DNA of 64,000 bases from Octopus vulgaris (GCA_951406725.2 OX597818.1:89776001-89840000); one strand, 5' to 3'. Counted from the first letter of the stretch, positions 38,451-53,234 are shown. Made by a program: numbers and translations. The notes: generated by a model from the letters alone, not told the origin.

Positions 38451-38887
38451 AGGCTTCCACTACTGTGAACATCACGATATTAGCATTAACAAAAACAACA
38501 GCAACCAGAATAACAACAGGTTACCGCAATTTCAGTGATAGCAGCACCTGCTACCAGACTGGGAGCAGCAGTTACAGCAGTTGTTGCAAAAACAATTCCA
38601 AGTGTGGAAACAGCAACAACAACAGCAATAAACAAACACCGCTCTCCAGAATCACCATCATCAGCAACTGAAAGCTTCCAAACAACAACAACAACAACAA
38701 CAACAATACACACACACACACACACACACACAGATAGCAATGACCCCCCCCCTAAGAAAGCTCCCAAACAACCCAACAAAAAACACAGCATCCACTCAGA
38801 TATGTCGCGTAATTTAAGGGAACGAGGAGGAAGCTAAATGGTAAAAAGTTACTAAGGCAAAGAAAAGAAACGAAAGGAAAGCACACC

Positions 38888-38964
<77 letters not shown>

Positions 38965-39196
38965 GAAACTGGTAGATATGAACAAATGGTGGAGATGTCT
39001 TTGAGCAACAATGTGCTAACACCGCCCCCCCCAACAAAGGCTACATCAATACTGTCAATAGCATCATCGCAATTACTACCACCTACACTATCACAGACAC
39101 TACTATTACAAGCGTAAGTTACACAACAGTCAGATCACATACCCACCAAAACGAACAAAAGACAACGCATCATTAACTACACTGCTAATGAACATA

Positions 39197-39705
39197 CCGT
39201 AAATCCTCGAGTATAGTCCGCCCTTGAGTATAATACGCAGGGGATTTTTAGGGGGCTGTACCTCTGAAAAACCTAAACCTTGTGTATAAAACGCACCCCT
39301 TTTCTAACTTGAGTCAAGGAGGTCTATATAACGTCCTTGGTTTGTAATAATGTATACGGTAACGTCCTTTATTATTATTGTATATATAACAATGCAAACG
39401 TGTAGCTTTTTTGTGCATTTTGTTTGCAGAAAATAAAGAAATAACAGTAATAACGTTTAATAAATGTTGCTTACTGCAAGTTATGAATGATTCTTTTATG
39501 ACTTCATTGCTTTCAGGCTTAGCTTAAGGTATTTTCGCGCCCAACATCATAAAATGCGTCTGAATAAACATTGCCGGACAGCAAATCGAGACTCGGACAT
39601 TGCTTAGAAAATAATTTTCATTTTTAACCTCGTATATAGTACGCACTAGGGATCTTGACCATTAAATTTTGGGAAAAAATGCGAATTATACTCGAGGATT
39701 TACGG
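39197..39705. mobile_element. pogo/Tigger-like MITE (about 510 bp)
   Basis: TA-flanked ccgtaaatcctcgagtata...tatactcgaggatttacgg; second copy at 54891-55398. Confidence 0.88.
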
Positions 39706-40406
39706 TAACCAATAAAGAACAAATGAACCACATCCATGAAATACTAACATCGTCAGCTACATAACATCTGCTAATAACCATTTCATCTCATAAAAAAACA
39801 AAAAAAAAACATCCAAATATCACCACATACGTACAACCCCCTATAAGTAGGAGATTTTCGAGGGAACATTACTAAATGACAAAGCAAAGAACTGCTAGTG
39901 CAAATGCGCATAGCCAATCGGAGGGAGGAAATACCTGTCTCTCTGCAAGAATAAGGGGATCCTTTCTCAGTCGCTTCTTTCTTGTCAGACACACCTATGC
40001 TCAGAATAAGTAGTGTAAAAATGCACGTAGCCTGGGATCTCCTTAGAAGCAAAGCCATCTGCACAACGACCATATTTTAAACTTATTAAGTGTTCAAGAA
40101 GTTCCTTCCTGAGTACGAATTTATTTTCAATGGATTAAGTGTAGCGGCAGCACTGAACCCACTTTTCAGAGCTATCAGCTATAATACCACTGGCAGAACA
40201 AAGGTTGAGACAACTAAACAACCAACCAACCGACCGACCAACTGACCGACCACCCACCCACCCACCCAACCAACCAACCAACCAACCAACCAACCAACCA
40301 ACCAACCAGCCAACCAACCAACCAACCAACTAACTAAATTGCATTTCAAGTTTTCTTTCTTTATGAATTCACCTTCTCATAGAAAGGAAGTTCTGACGAG
40401 CACACC

Positions 40407-40503
<97 letters not shown>

Positions 40504-40977
40504 TCACACACACAAGAAACTGGTAGATATGAACAAATGGTAGAGACGTCTTTCAGCAACAATGTGCTAACACCGCCCCCCCCCAACAAAGGCTACATCA
40601 ATACTGTCAATAGCATCATCGCATTTACTACCACCTACACTATCACAGACACTACCATTACAAGCATAAGTTACACAACAGTCAGATCACATACACACTG
40701 GCCAGGAGTCTCTCACTCCTAGCTGTTAGATGGCTGATGTCTCTGTGGATCCAACCAATTTCTTTGACAGGTTTTGTTTTTCGTCATGCAGGATGTCCAA
40801 CGAAAACAACCCTCTTTATCGAGCAGGCTTGTTAGGGTTTCCGATTTAAATGCCGACGGCCCAATCATGCGATAGGTTATACTGGGTTACATGTTAACAA
40901 ACACACACACATAAATACGTATATATATGTGTGTGTGTGTGTATACGTACATAAATGTACATGCATGTGTAAGTGGT

Positions 40978-41011
<34 letters not shown>

Positions 41012-41060
41012 TATGTATACACACACACATATATATATATAAATATGTATATATATATAA

Positions 41061-41113
<53 letters not shown>

Positions 41114-41115
41114 CA

Positions 41116-41156
<41 letters not shown>

Positions 41157-42069
41157 GCATGTATATAAATACATGCATATACATATACATATATACATGC
41201 ATGTACGCCTGTGCTTATATATACATAAACACATGAATATATCTGTGTATATGTACATAAGTATATACACACACTCCCACTCATATATGTATATGTATAT
41301 ACATGTGTGAGAGTGTGGTTGTGTGTGTGGTTGTGTGTGTGTATGTGTGTGTGTATGTAAGGGTGAAAGTTATATTCTAGTATTAATTCTCCAAGGTGGT
41401 TCATTTTGGTAATCTTAGCTAGAGTAAAATGGGTTAGTATGGGGCGGAGGCGAGTAGAATGTTTGGACGTGATACAACACGTGTATGTATATACGCGTGT
41501 AGACTATGCAATGTGTTTATACATGAAAGAAATGCTTTCATCAACACTCACATTGTCTCTGTTGTGACGTCAAAGCATTTATTTTTACGAGGTGTTGACA
41601 CTGTCTACGCCAATGTTTAGAGCAAAGCTATAACAATGAAGATAACATTGGTACCCCGGATAATTAGACAGGTTAACACATAGGAGATTAGATATGGTTA
41701 TTTGACCTGTCGTATACATACCAACGAATGAGCTCATCTTACATAACTTTAAATAGCTTTTAAAGTTATGCAGATACCTTCAATATCCACTCTGTCTACG
41801 TATACGTATTTATTATATATGTATGAATGTTATTTTCTGTTTTTAATTATTTAAATTTTTCCTTTGAAGAAGGAGCTGGTTTTTTAATAAAGATACCTGG
41901 AAAATATGAAGGCTGACCTGTGCCTGGAGAGTCAACGTCACACATCGAAAACTCTAGGAACACGCAGCCACCACCATCAACAAGGACATCACTCAACTCG
42001 CATAGCCCGACCAAATACTACCCTCGGTGCTGCCATTGAATAACAAAACAGATTTTCCATCTCTTATAT

Positions 42070-42560
42070 ACCTTCATGATGGGATTAAATCCCTTTTCAA
42101 ACTCCTTTCCCTGAATGCCCGAAGTTTGTGCAACGAGGTACACCATTTTGAATCTTATATATCAAGAGTATTGACCCCGATTTCACCACAGTCATCGAAA
42201 CATGGGCACACTCTCTACTCAGAGATGGTGTTTTTAGCATAGCTGGTTACAACATGTAGCGCAAAGACCGTACTAATCGTCGTGGAGGTGCCGTGATGAT
42301 CTACATTCAGTAAAACTTCTCCAGCTATTCTTTGCGATGATCTGAACAAATCACAACACGAGGCACTCTTTTGCGAATTACGCATAAGCATGTCAACACT
42401 GAGACTTAGAGTTGTCTATCACCCACCAAATTGCCATCAAGACACAGTTTTTTTTAAATCCCCAGAGCCGCATCTAAGAAAACAACCACTTATTTTTTTA
42501 TTGCCCGTGACCTCAACTACCCTGAAATTGAATAGAAAACTTTTCGTTCGCCATTTACCC
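42070..42560 (+). mobile_element. CR1/L2-like APE endonuclease relic
   Basis: LLSLNARSL...GYNM*RKDRTNRRGGAVMIY...RVVYHPPN. Confidence 0.7.
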
Positions 42561-43040
42561 TGTAGCGTACGCTTAGTGAAATTCTCTCTCTCTCTCTCTC
42601 TGACATATATAACATAAATGCGGACGTAGCAGAAAACAGCTAGCCTTTGGCCGCTTGGACTCTGTTCTGTCCACTACTCTGATTGGTTGGTATTGGCACA
42701 ATTTTCTCTTGCTCTATTACCCTGATGTTAGGATCAGTATAAGCTTCCCCAGGCGCTGGCGTGAGCATCGCATTAATCTTTATTAATAGTGAAACGCAAT
42801 GCAAGCTCTTGAAAAATTGTCCATTAACAGATGCATATCTTGTTCTCAATGAGCCATCACGTTGTCATCGTTAGAATATAGCATTTCACACAAAATCTCA
42901 AAGGCCTTAGAGTTGAAGCTCAACCGGCTCAGATTGAATAGTTTACTAGCTTGCCTGGGGTTCGGAACTTGTACATACATACATACATACATACATACAC
43001 ACATACATACATACATACATATATACATACATACATACAT

Positions 43041-46000
43041 AGACTCGAAGCGGCAAGTCGCATATTTGGCGTGGGAGACTATTTATCGAAAATACGATGA
43101 ATACTATCTCCAACGTTGGAGCCACAGCTATTAGCCTTGTTAAATAAATGGTTAATCTTCAGATGAATTAATGAGGGGGGCCTTTTATTCACGATCGTAG
43201 TGATTTTCGACTGAAACTTGAACTTATCATACAGAGAGTTACTACAAATAACATGGCTGGACACAACATCAATAACAACACAATCGAGGAACTGAACGAA
43301 AACAACAACTCAGCAGGTAAACAAATTCTTTCTAGCTGTAGTTATACAAGAAACCGTAACTACAAAACTTATTTCTCTTGGAGTTATGAACTGGATAATG
43401 ATCTATTTAACTGCTGTAAAAAAGCGAAGCAAACCCCGCTGTTGGCTAAATGAATCAATTGAAATCATATTAGGATGATCCGCATCCAGAATTAAGTCAT
43501 TTTACTGAGAAGCAACTATGCCAACAAACAACATTTGTAGAACATAGAAAGAAGGTTAGTAACTGTAGCTTTATTTAAAAAATCGAAAATTAACCTTCCC
43601 AACTCCACAACCTAAAGCGAAAACGGGAATTATATAAGACAACCATGTAGTTTCGCAGCTAGCGACATTCCAACAGATTTTTTAGTGCCTGCTAGCCAAA
43701 CTACATTACTGTCCTCCTACTACGACTATGGTAGATAGCAGGCACAACCGCAACGATTATTGTAGTAGTAGTGGTAGTCAGGATCATATACCAGTGAAAT
43801 GTGCCTTTACTGAAATTTCCCGAGAAAAATAACTTTGGTTTTGAAGTACCCTCTCGAAGAGAGAGAGTATTCTTTACCAAAGTAAGTAAAAAACCACCAG
43901 ATACAGTATTAAAAGCTGTTAATGGAATTGGTGATGAGTATTCACAACAGTTTGACGAACCCACATACTAGCAGATTAACGTCTGTCTATGTACTCTGGC
44001 TACTACAGTAAAACAGTACATGAATGATATTCAAAAACGTAAACAAAACCGAAATAACAAAGAAAGAACCATTATAGGTTTTGAAGACAGAAAAAGATAA
44101 CTGGTTTATGGAAGACCATCAGTCATGTAACAATGCTTATTGCATGTAAATAAGCAAATCACTATACGTTCCACCAAAAGAAAGTAAAGAAGGAGATAGA
44201 AATTACGTTTAGAGACAGCAAAAAGAGGACACTCACTTGCAAACTGATTACCCTCAAACAGGAGCTAAAAACTGTCAGAGAAAAACTCTGACATCAGAAG
44301 AGAATAACCGAGAGAAGACCAAAAATTCAACTGCAACCAGGTAGCGGTATACAGAGACATGAGAGGAGGAGCAGTAATCATCATGGAAGCTCCTTCACGA
44401 GAAGACATAGACTCCTTCTGGAGGAAAGTCTGGAATGAAGAGAAGGAATTTAACCAAGATGCTCTGTGGCTGGAAGAAATCCGAATAAGTTATTGCTCCT
44501 GCGTTACATCCAAAACATACAACATTGCTGGTGAAACTCTTGCAACTGTGATCCAGAAACTCCAGGATGGAAAAGCACTTGGAAGAGACTACGAGAAGCT
44601 AACATTCTACCGACCATATCTTATCAATCTGTACCAGCAAGCTTTCATTGGGAACAGTAGCATACCACACTAGTTAGCCCTGGCAGAACCAAACTTGATT
44701 CCCAAATGCAGAACCACCCACATGACAAAACAACTACCGGCCAATTGCATGCCAGAACATAATGTATAAGATATATACAGTATGTTTAAACCTCTTCCTC
44801 CAGAACAAGCAGCTAGGAAGAAGCAAGGGGATGCCCCGAGCAATTTTTAATCAACAAAAGTGTGATGTCAGAGGTGCGAGAGTATAGGAGGAACCTAGTT
44901 TCAATGTGGCTAGACTACAAGAAAGCCTTTGACTCTGTTCCCCACTCATGGACGCTAGAAACTTGCTAAAGTTCCAGTGAGAATAGTCAAAGCCATAGCT
45001 GACCTAACTTCATCGTGAGCCACCATCTTGAAATTAAACACAAAGAGTGGCTGTATTCTCACGGATAGAATACAGTATCGCAAATGCATATTCCCAAGAG
45101 ACAGCCTGTCCGTGATGTTGTTTATATTTTCTGTAAATCCCTTGTCATTCATGTTAATGAAGTCTGAAGGATATCTCACTGGTTCATATGGAAACAGAAA
45201 TACCAAAATTACACAGCTTTTTTGGGGATGACTTAAAACTTTATGCAAAGAATATGCATGAGATGAAAAAGAGCCATGACCTAATTACAACATTCTCAAA
45301 GGATGTAGGGTTGGAGTTTGGTCAGGATAAATGTTATATGGTTGTGTAAAGGGGGAAACTATAACCAGACTAGTAACATCTCCCTCAATGACTGTTTCCT
45401 CTGTATCTGACGAAGAATCTAAGCGGTTTAGGGGTGGATGAAAATATATCTTACAATGGCACCTGTAACTAAACACGTGTCACTAAAGAATATTACAGCT
45501 GAATAAAGAAAATTTTAACCTCAGAACTCTCTGCATTCAATAAAACAGTGGACCACAATGTGTTTTGCAGTGCCAGTACTCATTCCAACATTTGGGCTGT
45601 TTGATTGGAAGCTTGATGAGATCCGAGCCATTGATGTGAAAACCCGAAAAATAGTAACAAGCACACATAATTTCCACATAAACAGTAACGTAGACCGCCT
45701 GTACCTAAAACGAAAACAAGGCCACAGAGGCTTAATATCAATCCAAAATACCTTTGAATGTCGCATCATATCCCTTCGGCAACATCTTTTAACCACCAAG
45801 TGTCGAAGTACATCCCTTGACCAAGTTTGCATACATGAGGCTGATAACATCATAAGACTTGGAATGCAGCACCTTGAGTAACACCTTCTGTCTAATAACC
45901 TAGAATACGTGCCCAAAGAAGTTGCATGACTCTACCGCAGCGTATCATCAGATGAAAGGATGAACCTATTTGAGCAGAAGACTATGCATGGTTATGTTAG

Positions 46001-46975
46001 TAGAAAACTCCGTGATGATAATAACATCGATCGTCAAAACAATTTATCATGAGCCAATAGCCGGATTACTACCTTTCATTTTGAATGGTATGCACTTGCA
46101 ATCCGGGAACTGGAAATATCAACCAAGTACCTCATGCACAAAAGGAATAGTGATGCAGGAAAAGCAGCAAAATGTGACAAAGCAGTAAAATGGAGTTCAC
46201 ACTGAAGATATTATCCACATCATAAGCAGTTAACCGAAAATGTCATCACGGTATTATCTACCGATGAGATGCTGTTGTAGCTAGGACACTCTATGATGAA
46301 ATCCGTTGGAAGGATAATCACGAGGACAAAGAAATAAGAACTCACAATATGGTAGAAGCCATAACCACTCATAATGAAAAGGAATACTGGTGGAATGTAC
46401 CAGTGAAGACATCAATAAAATGTAAGGACATTAGACCTGATATAATGATTTGGGATAGAGAAGAGAAACTGTGCAGAGTCATGGAAATTAGCTGCCCAGC
46501 GGATGTTAACATAAAGCTGAAGATCAGTGAAAAAGACAACACCTATGCTAAACTATTGAGAAATCTGCAGTTACTCTACCCAGATTACAAGTTCAGGTTT
46601 ATACCTGTAATTATTGGGACCCTAGAATATGTAACGCACTGCCTAAATACCAATCTTGAGAAATTGGGCTTCTCAAAACCAGCTAATACGAAGGCTACAG
46701 ATCCAATCTATCACTGGAACTAAGATTCTGTAAAACTTTCCAGTTTATCATTTAAATGTATATGAACATGTCTAGATATGCAACTACATGCACGAGAATA
46801 CATACATAAAACATACAAATATGCACATACATACATACATACATACATACATACATACATACATACATACATACATACCCTGTTGTTGCTGAAATTCCAA
46901 TGGAGCTTTAGATCTAGGTTAGAAACCGATTCTCTGTCTATTGGCAAGAAACCTTGAAATAAACTGAATAACGAC
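43041..46975 (+). mobile_element. Dong/R4-clade non-LTR retrotransposon (RT plus restriction-like endonuclease), near full length, degenerate
   Basis: NYRPIACQNIMYK, WLDYKKAFDSVPHSW, DSLSVMLF, DDLKLYA, VDRLYLKRKQGHRGL and C-terminal RPDIMIWD...MEISCP...FIPVIIG. Flanked by (CATA)n. Confidence 0.9.
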
Positions 46976-47434
46976 ATACATACATACATATATACATACA
47001 TACACACACACACACACGCATACATACACGCATACATACATACACGCACACACGCGCGCACACACACACACACACATACATACATCTCGGGGTGGTCTAG
47101 TTTGCTTAACGTAAAAAGCATTTCCGATAAACTTTAGGTGTTTGAGAGTCGCAAGACACGAACAACTTTTATACTGTGTTTGCGTTTGTATCTGTGTCTG
47201 TTTATGTTTCGCAATTTAGATTGATAAAATAAATATCATACATGAAAAAAAATAAGTACTGCATTTGATATGATTAACTAAACACTTTGAAGGCGATGCT
47301 TCAACGTGGTCGCAGTCTAATGATTGAAGCTAGTAAAATAAAAGAATATGTTTTGTTACATATTTTGCATGTTTGTAATAAATGTTATTCATGGATGCAG
47401 TTTCTTGAACTGTTAAGTTGTATTAATTTCAGCT

Positions 47435-47846
47435 TACTCTCTTTTACTCTTTTACTTGTTTCAGTCATCTGACTGCGGCCATGCTGGAGCACCGTCTTTA
47501 GTCGAGCAAATCGACCCAGGACTTATTCTTTGTAAGCCTAGTCCTTATTCTATCGGTGTCTTTTGCCGAACCGCTAAGTTACGGGGGACGTAAACACACC
47601 AGCATCGGCTGTCAAGGGATGGTGGGCGACAAACACAGACACACAAACATATACACACACACGTATATATATATATATATATATATACGACGGGATTCTT
47701 TCAGTTTCCGCCTAGCAAATCCGCTCACAAGGCTTTGGTAAGCCCGAGGCTATAGTAGAAGACACTTGTGCAAGGTGCCACGCAGTGAGACTGAACCTGG
47801 AGCCATGTGGTTTGTAAGCAAGCTACTTACCACACCGCCACTCCCA
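47435..47846 (-). mobile_element. SINE family A
   Basis: Complete copy. Confidence 0.88.
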
Positions 47847-48075
47847 GTTTTGTTAAAAGTTTTAGCGTATTTAATATAGTGACAAACGACAGAAAGGCTT
47901 AGGAAAAATGTGCGAATTTGTATTTCAATCGCATAAAATTAGACTGTCAAAAACAAAAATGAAAAGTCAAAAAAGGGAAATATGGAAAAAAGCAAACCAA
48001 GAAAATTATAGATATTTAAATCAGACTCTACCATACAAAGTTAGTCTTATCTTAATATGTTTTATGATAAATGAA

Positions 48076-48657
48076 AGCGACGAGCTGGCAGAAACGTTAG
48101 CACGCCGGCCGAAATGCTTAGCAGTATTTCGTCAGGCTTTACGTTCTGAGTTCAAATTCCGCCGAGATCGACTCTGCCTTTCATCCTTTCAGCGTCGATT
48201 AAATAAGTACCAGTTACGCGCCAGCGCGTATAATCGACTTAATCCGCTTGTCTGTCTTTGTTTGTTCTCTCTGTGTTTAGCCCCTTGTGAGTAGTAAAGA
48301 AATAGGTATTTCGTCTGCCGCTACGTTCTGAGATCAAATTCCGCAGAGGTCGACTTTGCCTTTCATCCTTTCGAGGTCGATTAAATAAGTACCAGTTACG
48401 CACTGGGGTCGATATAATCGACTTAATCCGTTTGTCTGTCTTTGTTTGTCCTCTCTGTGTTTAGCCCCATGTGGGTAGTAAAGAAATAGGTATTTCGTCT
48501 GGCTTTACGTTCTGAGTTCAAATTCCACCGAGGTCGACTTTGCCTTTCATCCTTACTGGGTCGATAAATTAAATAGCAGTTGCATAGTGGGATCGATCTA
48601 ATCGACAAGAATCCACCGCCAAAATTTCGGGCCTTGTGCCTAGAGTAGAAAAGAATA
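48076..48657 (+). mobile_element. SINE family C trimer
   Basis: One head and three units, with aaagaaatag|gtatttcgtc junctions at about 48305 and 48490. Confidence 0.9.
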
Positions 48658-48748
48658 TTTTTATGACAAGCAGATAATGAAGCATATATCAGACTTTAAA
48701 GCTGCTGTTTATTACACTTGGAGATTTTGTGGGTTTCTATCTCGGCTG

Positions 48749-49261
48749 GTGTAGGCGCAATAGCCTAGTGGTTAGGACAGCGGACTCGCGGTCGTAGGAT
48801 CGTGGTTTCGATTCCCAGATGGGTATTGTGAGTGTTTATTGAGCGAAAACACCTAAAGCTACACGAGGCTCCGTCAAGGGGTGGTGGTGAACCCTGCCGT
48901 ACTCTTTCACCACAATTTTCTCTCACTCTTTCTTCCTGATTCTGTTGTACCTGTATTTCAAAGGGCCAGCCTTGTCACACTCTGTGTCACGCTGATTCTC
49001 CCCGAGAACTACGTTAAGGGTACACGCGTCTGTGGATTGCTCAGTCACTTGCACTTTAATAAATGAGCTGTGACGTCACTGGTGCCAAGCCGTATCGGCC
49101 TTTGCCTTTCCCTTGGATAACATCAGTGATGTGGAGAGGGGAAGCTGATATGCATGGGCGACTGCTGGTCTTCCATAAACAACCTTGCCCAGACTTTGCC
49201 ACGGAGAGTAACTTTCTAGGTGCAATCTCATGGTCATTCAAGACCGAAGGGGGTTACAACA
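48749..49261 (+). mobile_element. SINE family B composite with 10-bp TSD
   Basis: TSD atctcggctg at 48739-48748 and 49262-49271. Confidence 0.85.
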
Positions 49262-50040
49262 ATCTCGGCTGAAAATTTGTTTGATATGTTGTCAAGGCTG
49301 AATGAATTAGCTCCGTCAAGTAACGATTTGTGAGGTTTGCCCAGAGCTTCAATTTCACCAAGTCCATTACAGAGTACAGTGGTGTTATGCTAAAAGTTGA
49401 GATAAGTCGCACGTTCGTTTTCTTCAGTCAGGATATTTCATTTCTGGAACTTCTTTCCACAACTAAATTGAAGACTGGGATTTATGGATCATTTTTAGAC
49501 CCAGGAACTCCTGTAATTTCATTTGTTCCATTTTCATAGTAGATAATTCTGTAACAACAGAGTTGAGAATTGGACCACCATCACTGAACACAAATCAATG
49601 AAAGCAGGGCTTTATCATCTGTAAGACATTAAACCTGGTTACGAAATTATTATCAAGCAACCTTTGTTATTTACGCTTGTGTCCTTCTAGCTTGTGATGT
49701 TCTATTTCAGCATCAGGGAATGTATTAACTCCCGTTTTGAAATTGGAAAGGTGATTGAAATTTCTTTAGAATATATTACTTTGAAAAGATTTATTTTACT
49801 CTGGAAGCTAAAAAATCTGCGTAAGATCAAAAGAACTCTTATTCTTCCCTTGGAGCGCCAAGTTGTAGATGATTAATTATATTGGTAAAGAACGTAACAT
49901 TTTGCATTCATTCGTAATTTTCCAGTTCAGGAGAGGACTTTTTGCTTTGCTCTAAGAACTAAAGAACAATGGCTCTTCAATATCTAGCACTTATCGTTCA
50001 GAACTATTTCTCTGACTCATTGTTGTGTTGAGGTGGCTCC
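49262..50040 (-). pseudogene. hAT transposase relic (GTF2IRD2/EPM2AIP1-like C-terminal region)
   Basis: Minus strand NLALQGKNK...IFSFQSKINLF and RLISTFSIT...LYSVMDLVKLKLWANLTNRYLTELIHSALTTYQTNF; recognised by eye, many disruptions. Confidence 0.65.
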
Positions 50041-51317
50041 ACCAAGAAGTAAAATAATATAAATTATTGGTTTAATAAATGACATCAATATTATTCTAAG
50101 CAGATAATGTGATAATGACTATTGTGAAAAAAGAAATGTGACAAGCGGTAAAAGATAAAGAATGGAAGAGACATTAGATAAATTCTCTCATTTGTTGTCT
50201 CTTTCAAAGCGTGTTTCGAGAGAGTGCTTGAAGCAAACAACTTGAATGGGACTTGTGATGAGAAACTCAAATACAAAACTAGAATACAAAAAAAAGAATA
50301 CAAAACTAAAACTGAAAGGGCTGAAATTTTTTTAAAATCATTACGATTTTATCTTTTGGTTTATTTGATAAAAGTAAGAAAAGCCTTTTCCGCAGCACTG
50401 CTGGATCAGTTCACACCCAATAAATAATTATAAAGCTTGAATAATTTCTTATATAACTTCTATATTAACTGTGATAAATAATAAAAAAAAAGAGCTCGGC
50501 CAGCACATTTCCCCGAGCCACATGCATTGGTTTAAAATTTTGGCTCAAGGCCAGCATTTCGTGGAAGGGGTAAGTCGATTACACCGACTCCAGTTCTCAA
50601 GTGGTACTTATTACATCGACCCCGAAAGGATGAAAGGCAAAGGTGACCTCGGTAGCATCTGAACCCAGAATGCAAAGTCAGAAGAAATGCCGCTAAGTAT
50701 TTTGTCTGGTAATGTTACTGACAGCTTGCCTCCTTCCAGAACTACAAATAATAACAGTCAAAGGGCCGCATTCGGTTTACAAGCTGCGGTTTGAGCATCG
50801 TACTTAGTAATTATATATACATGGTACACCGTCGGCTACGACGACGAGGGTTCCAGCTGATCCGATCAACGGAACGGCCTGCTCGTGAAATTAACGTGAA
50901 AGCGGCTGAGCCCTTCATAAACACGTGTACCCTTAATGTAATTCTCCGGGAGGTTCGGAGTGACACAGTGTGTGACAAGGCTGGCCCTTCTAATCAGAAG
51001 TATTACTCATTTTTGCCAGCTAAATGGACTGAAGCAACGTGAAATAAAGTGTCTTGCTCAAGTACACAGCGCGCCGCCGGGAATCAAACTCATGATCTTA
51101 CGATCGTGAACCGAATGTACCTTACCGCTAAGCCACGTGCCCTGTTGGTAATTTCTTTACCTTCTTTCCGACGACGAGCTTAGCTCGAAACTTCAAACTC
51201 CCTCTTTTCACCGAGCGTCAAGTTGATATATTCCTTGTGCGCGTCCTCTTGTTATCCGTTAATTTTATAATTGTTTTTTCTTAATTGATTGTTTATTTGA
51301 ATTGACTATATGTGTGT

Positions 51318-51380
<63 letters not shown>

Positions 51381-51701
51381 TGTGTAAATGTGTACACACT
51401 CAACTTATAATAAAATACAATAAAATACATCTGCAGACACACGCACAATCACACACATCGCTATATGGTAAAAGTCATGCGTATAATCACATGTCAGGTT
51501 TCCGATAACCACACGCCAACAAGTGTTAACCAAGCAAGTCAGTGCAATCTGCGTGTGGACGGATCGTCGGTGACTAAGCTACTCACCTACTCAGCAAGTT
51601 TATTTGGACGCCTTGTGCAATGATAAACAAGATCTGTCAACGTGTACAGGAGCACGTTAGTCAACAGCCACTCTATACAGTGCATATATTCATTTGTAAG
51701 C

Positions 51702-51795
<94 letters not shown>

Positions 51796-52187
51796 AGTGC
51801 ATTTACATATATATCTAAATCCCCCCTGAGAAAAGGAGAATCTCATTTTCTCACTTCAAGTGTGGCATGTTTATTTTCTCTGACCATTCTTGCCTGATTT
51901 TTACTTGCTGCCAGTTTAATGGCTTCAAAGATTTAGAGTTTGAATTTCGTGTCTCCCACAGGTGTCTGCCACAATGCAATTTCATGTGCAGGTGGTAGTG
52001 TACATTATATATATATATATATACACACGCAGACGCACACGTTTATTGTGTGAAACACCTGTAAGAAACACAAATGCAAAACTGTCCGTTTGCGGCCATT
52101 AAACTAGCAGCAAGCGAAAACAGGAATGAATGGTCAGAGAGAATAAAGAGAATAAACACGGTGCACTTGAAGTGCTTGTGTGCGTGT

Positions 52188-52227
<40 letters not shown>

Positions 52228-52241
52228 CTGTGCGTGTGTGT

Positions 52242-52646
52242 GTCACTTTTCAACTTTATTTCAAGATTACTTGTCAATAGAGTAAGAGCTGATTTCTAAC
52301 ATAGGATCCAAGGCTCCGTCATTGGAATATCAACAACATCAACAAGGTATTTTTGTATGTATGTATGTATATGTGTAGATTTGTGTGTTTTATTTATGTA
52401 TTCTCATGCATATAGTTGCATGTCTAGACATAATCATATATACTTAAATGATAAACTTCGAATCAGCTCTCTCCTTTCTAGTTTTGAAAAGCTTAATTTC
52501 TCAAGATTGTTATTTTGGCAGTGTGTTACATATCCCAATGGCCCAATAATTATAGGTATAAACATGAACTTGTAATCTGGATAGAGTAGCTGCAGATTTC
52601 TCATTAGGCCAGCGTAGGCATTTTCTTTTTCTCTGATCTTTTTCGC
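52242..52646 (-). mobile_element. 5'-truncated Dong/R4 copy
   Basis: RNLQLLYPDYKFMFIPIIIG...NLEKL plus a 3' UTR homologous to 46520-46975. Confidence 0.88.
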
Positions 52647-53234
52647 TATGTATGTATGTATGTATGTATGTATGTATGTATGTATGTATGTATGTATGTA
52701 TGTAGGTAGGTAGGTATGTACGTATGTACGTTCCGAAGATTTTCGTTGCGTCTTGCAACTTTTTCAACAGTCAAAGACTATTGAAAGGGTTGCAAGACGT
52801 AGCGAAAATTTTAGGAAAAATTAATTGAATGGAAACATTTACCGGTGAGTGTGTTAAATAATAAGGCACTAAAAGAGATTGACTCTCCTTAGACACAACA
52901 AAATATGCTTCAACGCACGAACTCACATAAAGAATCTTGTAAATCAAATCCAAAAGCGAAATACATATATATATATTCGTGTGTGTGTGTGTGCATATAC
53001 TTATGTTAATATATGTGTATATATACAAATATATATTTGCACATATGTATTTATAAACAGATATACATATGCATATGTATACATATATGTAAGATGCAGC
53101 GAAGCTACACCAAAAAGATCGACACTATGCGACATATCAGCTACTAGGATAGACTAAAAGTGTTAAGACTCTACTCCTTGGATCAAAGGCGGGAAAGGTA
53201 TGTGGCATATTCAGTCCTCGGACTGAAACTTAGA

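Noticed and set aside
49262-50040. Domesticated GTF2IRD2/EPM2AIP1-like host gene
   Set aside because: Multiple stops and frameshifts and an adjacent SINE insertion indicate a dead hAT copy.
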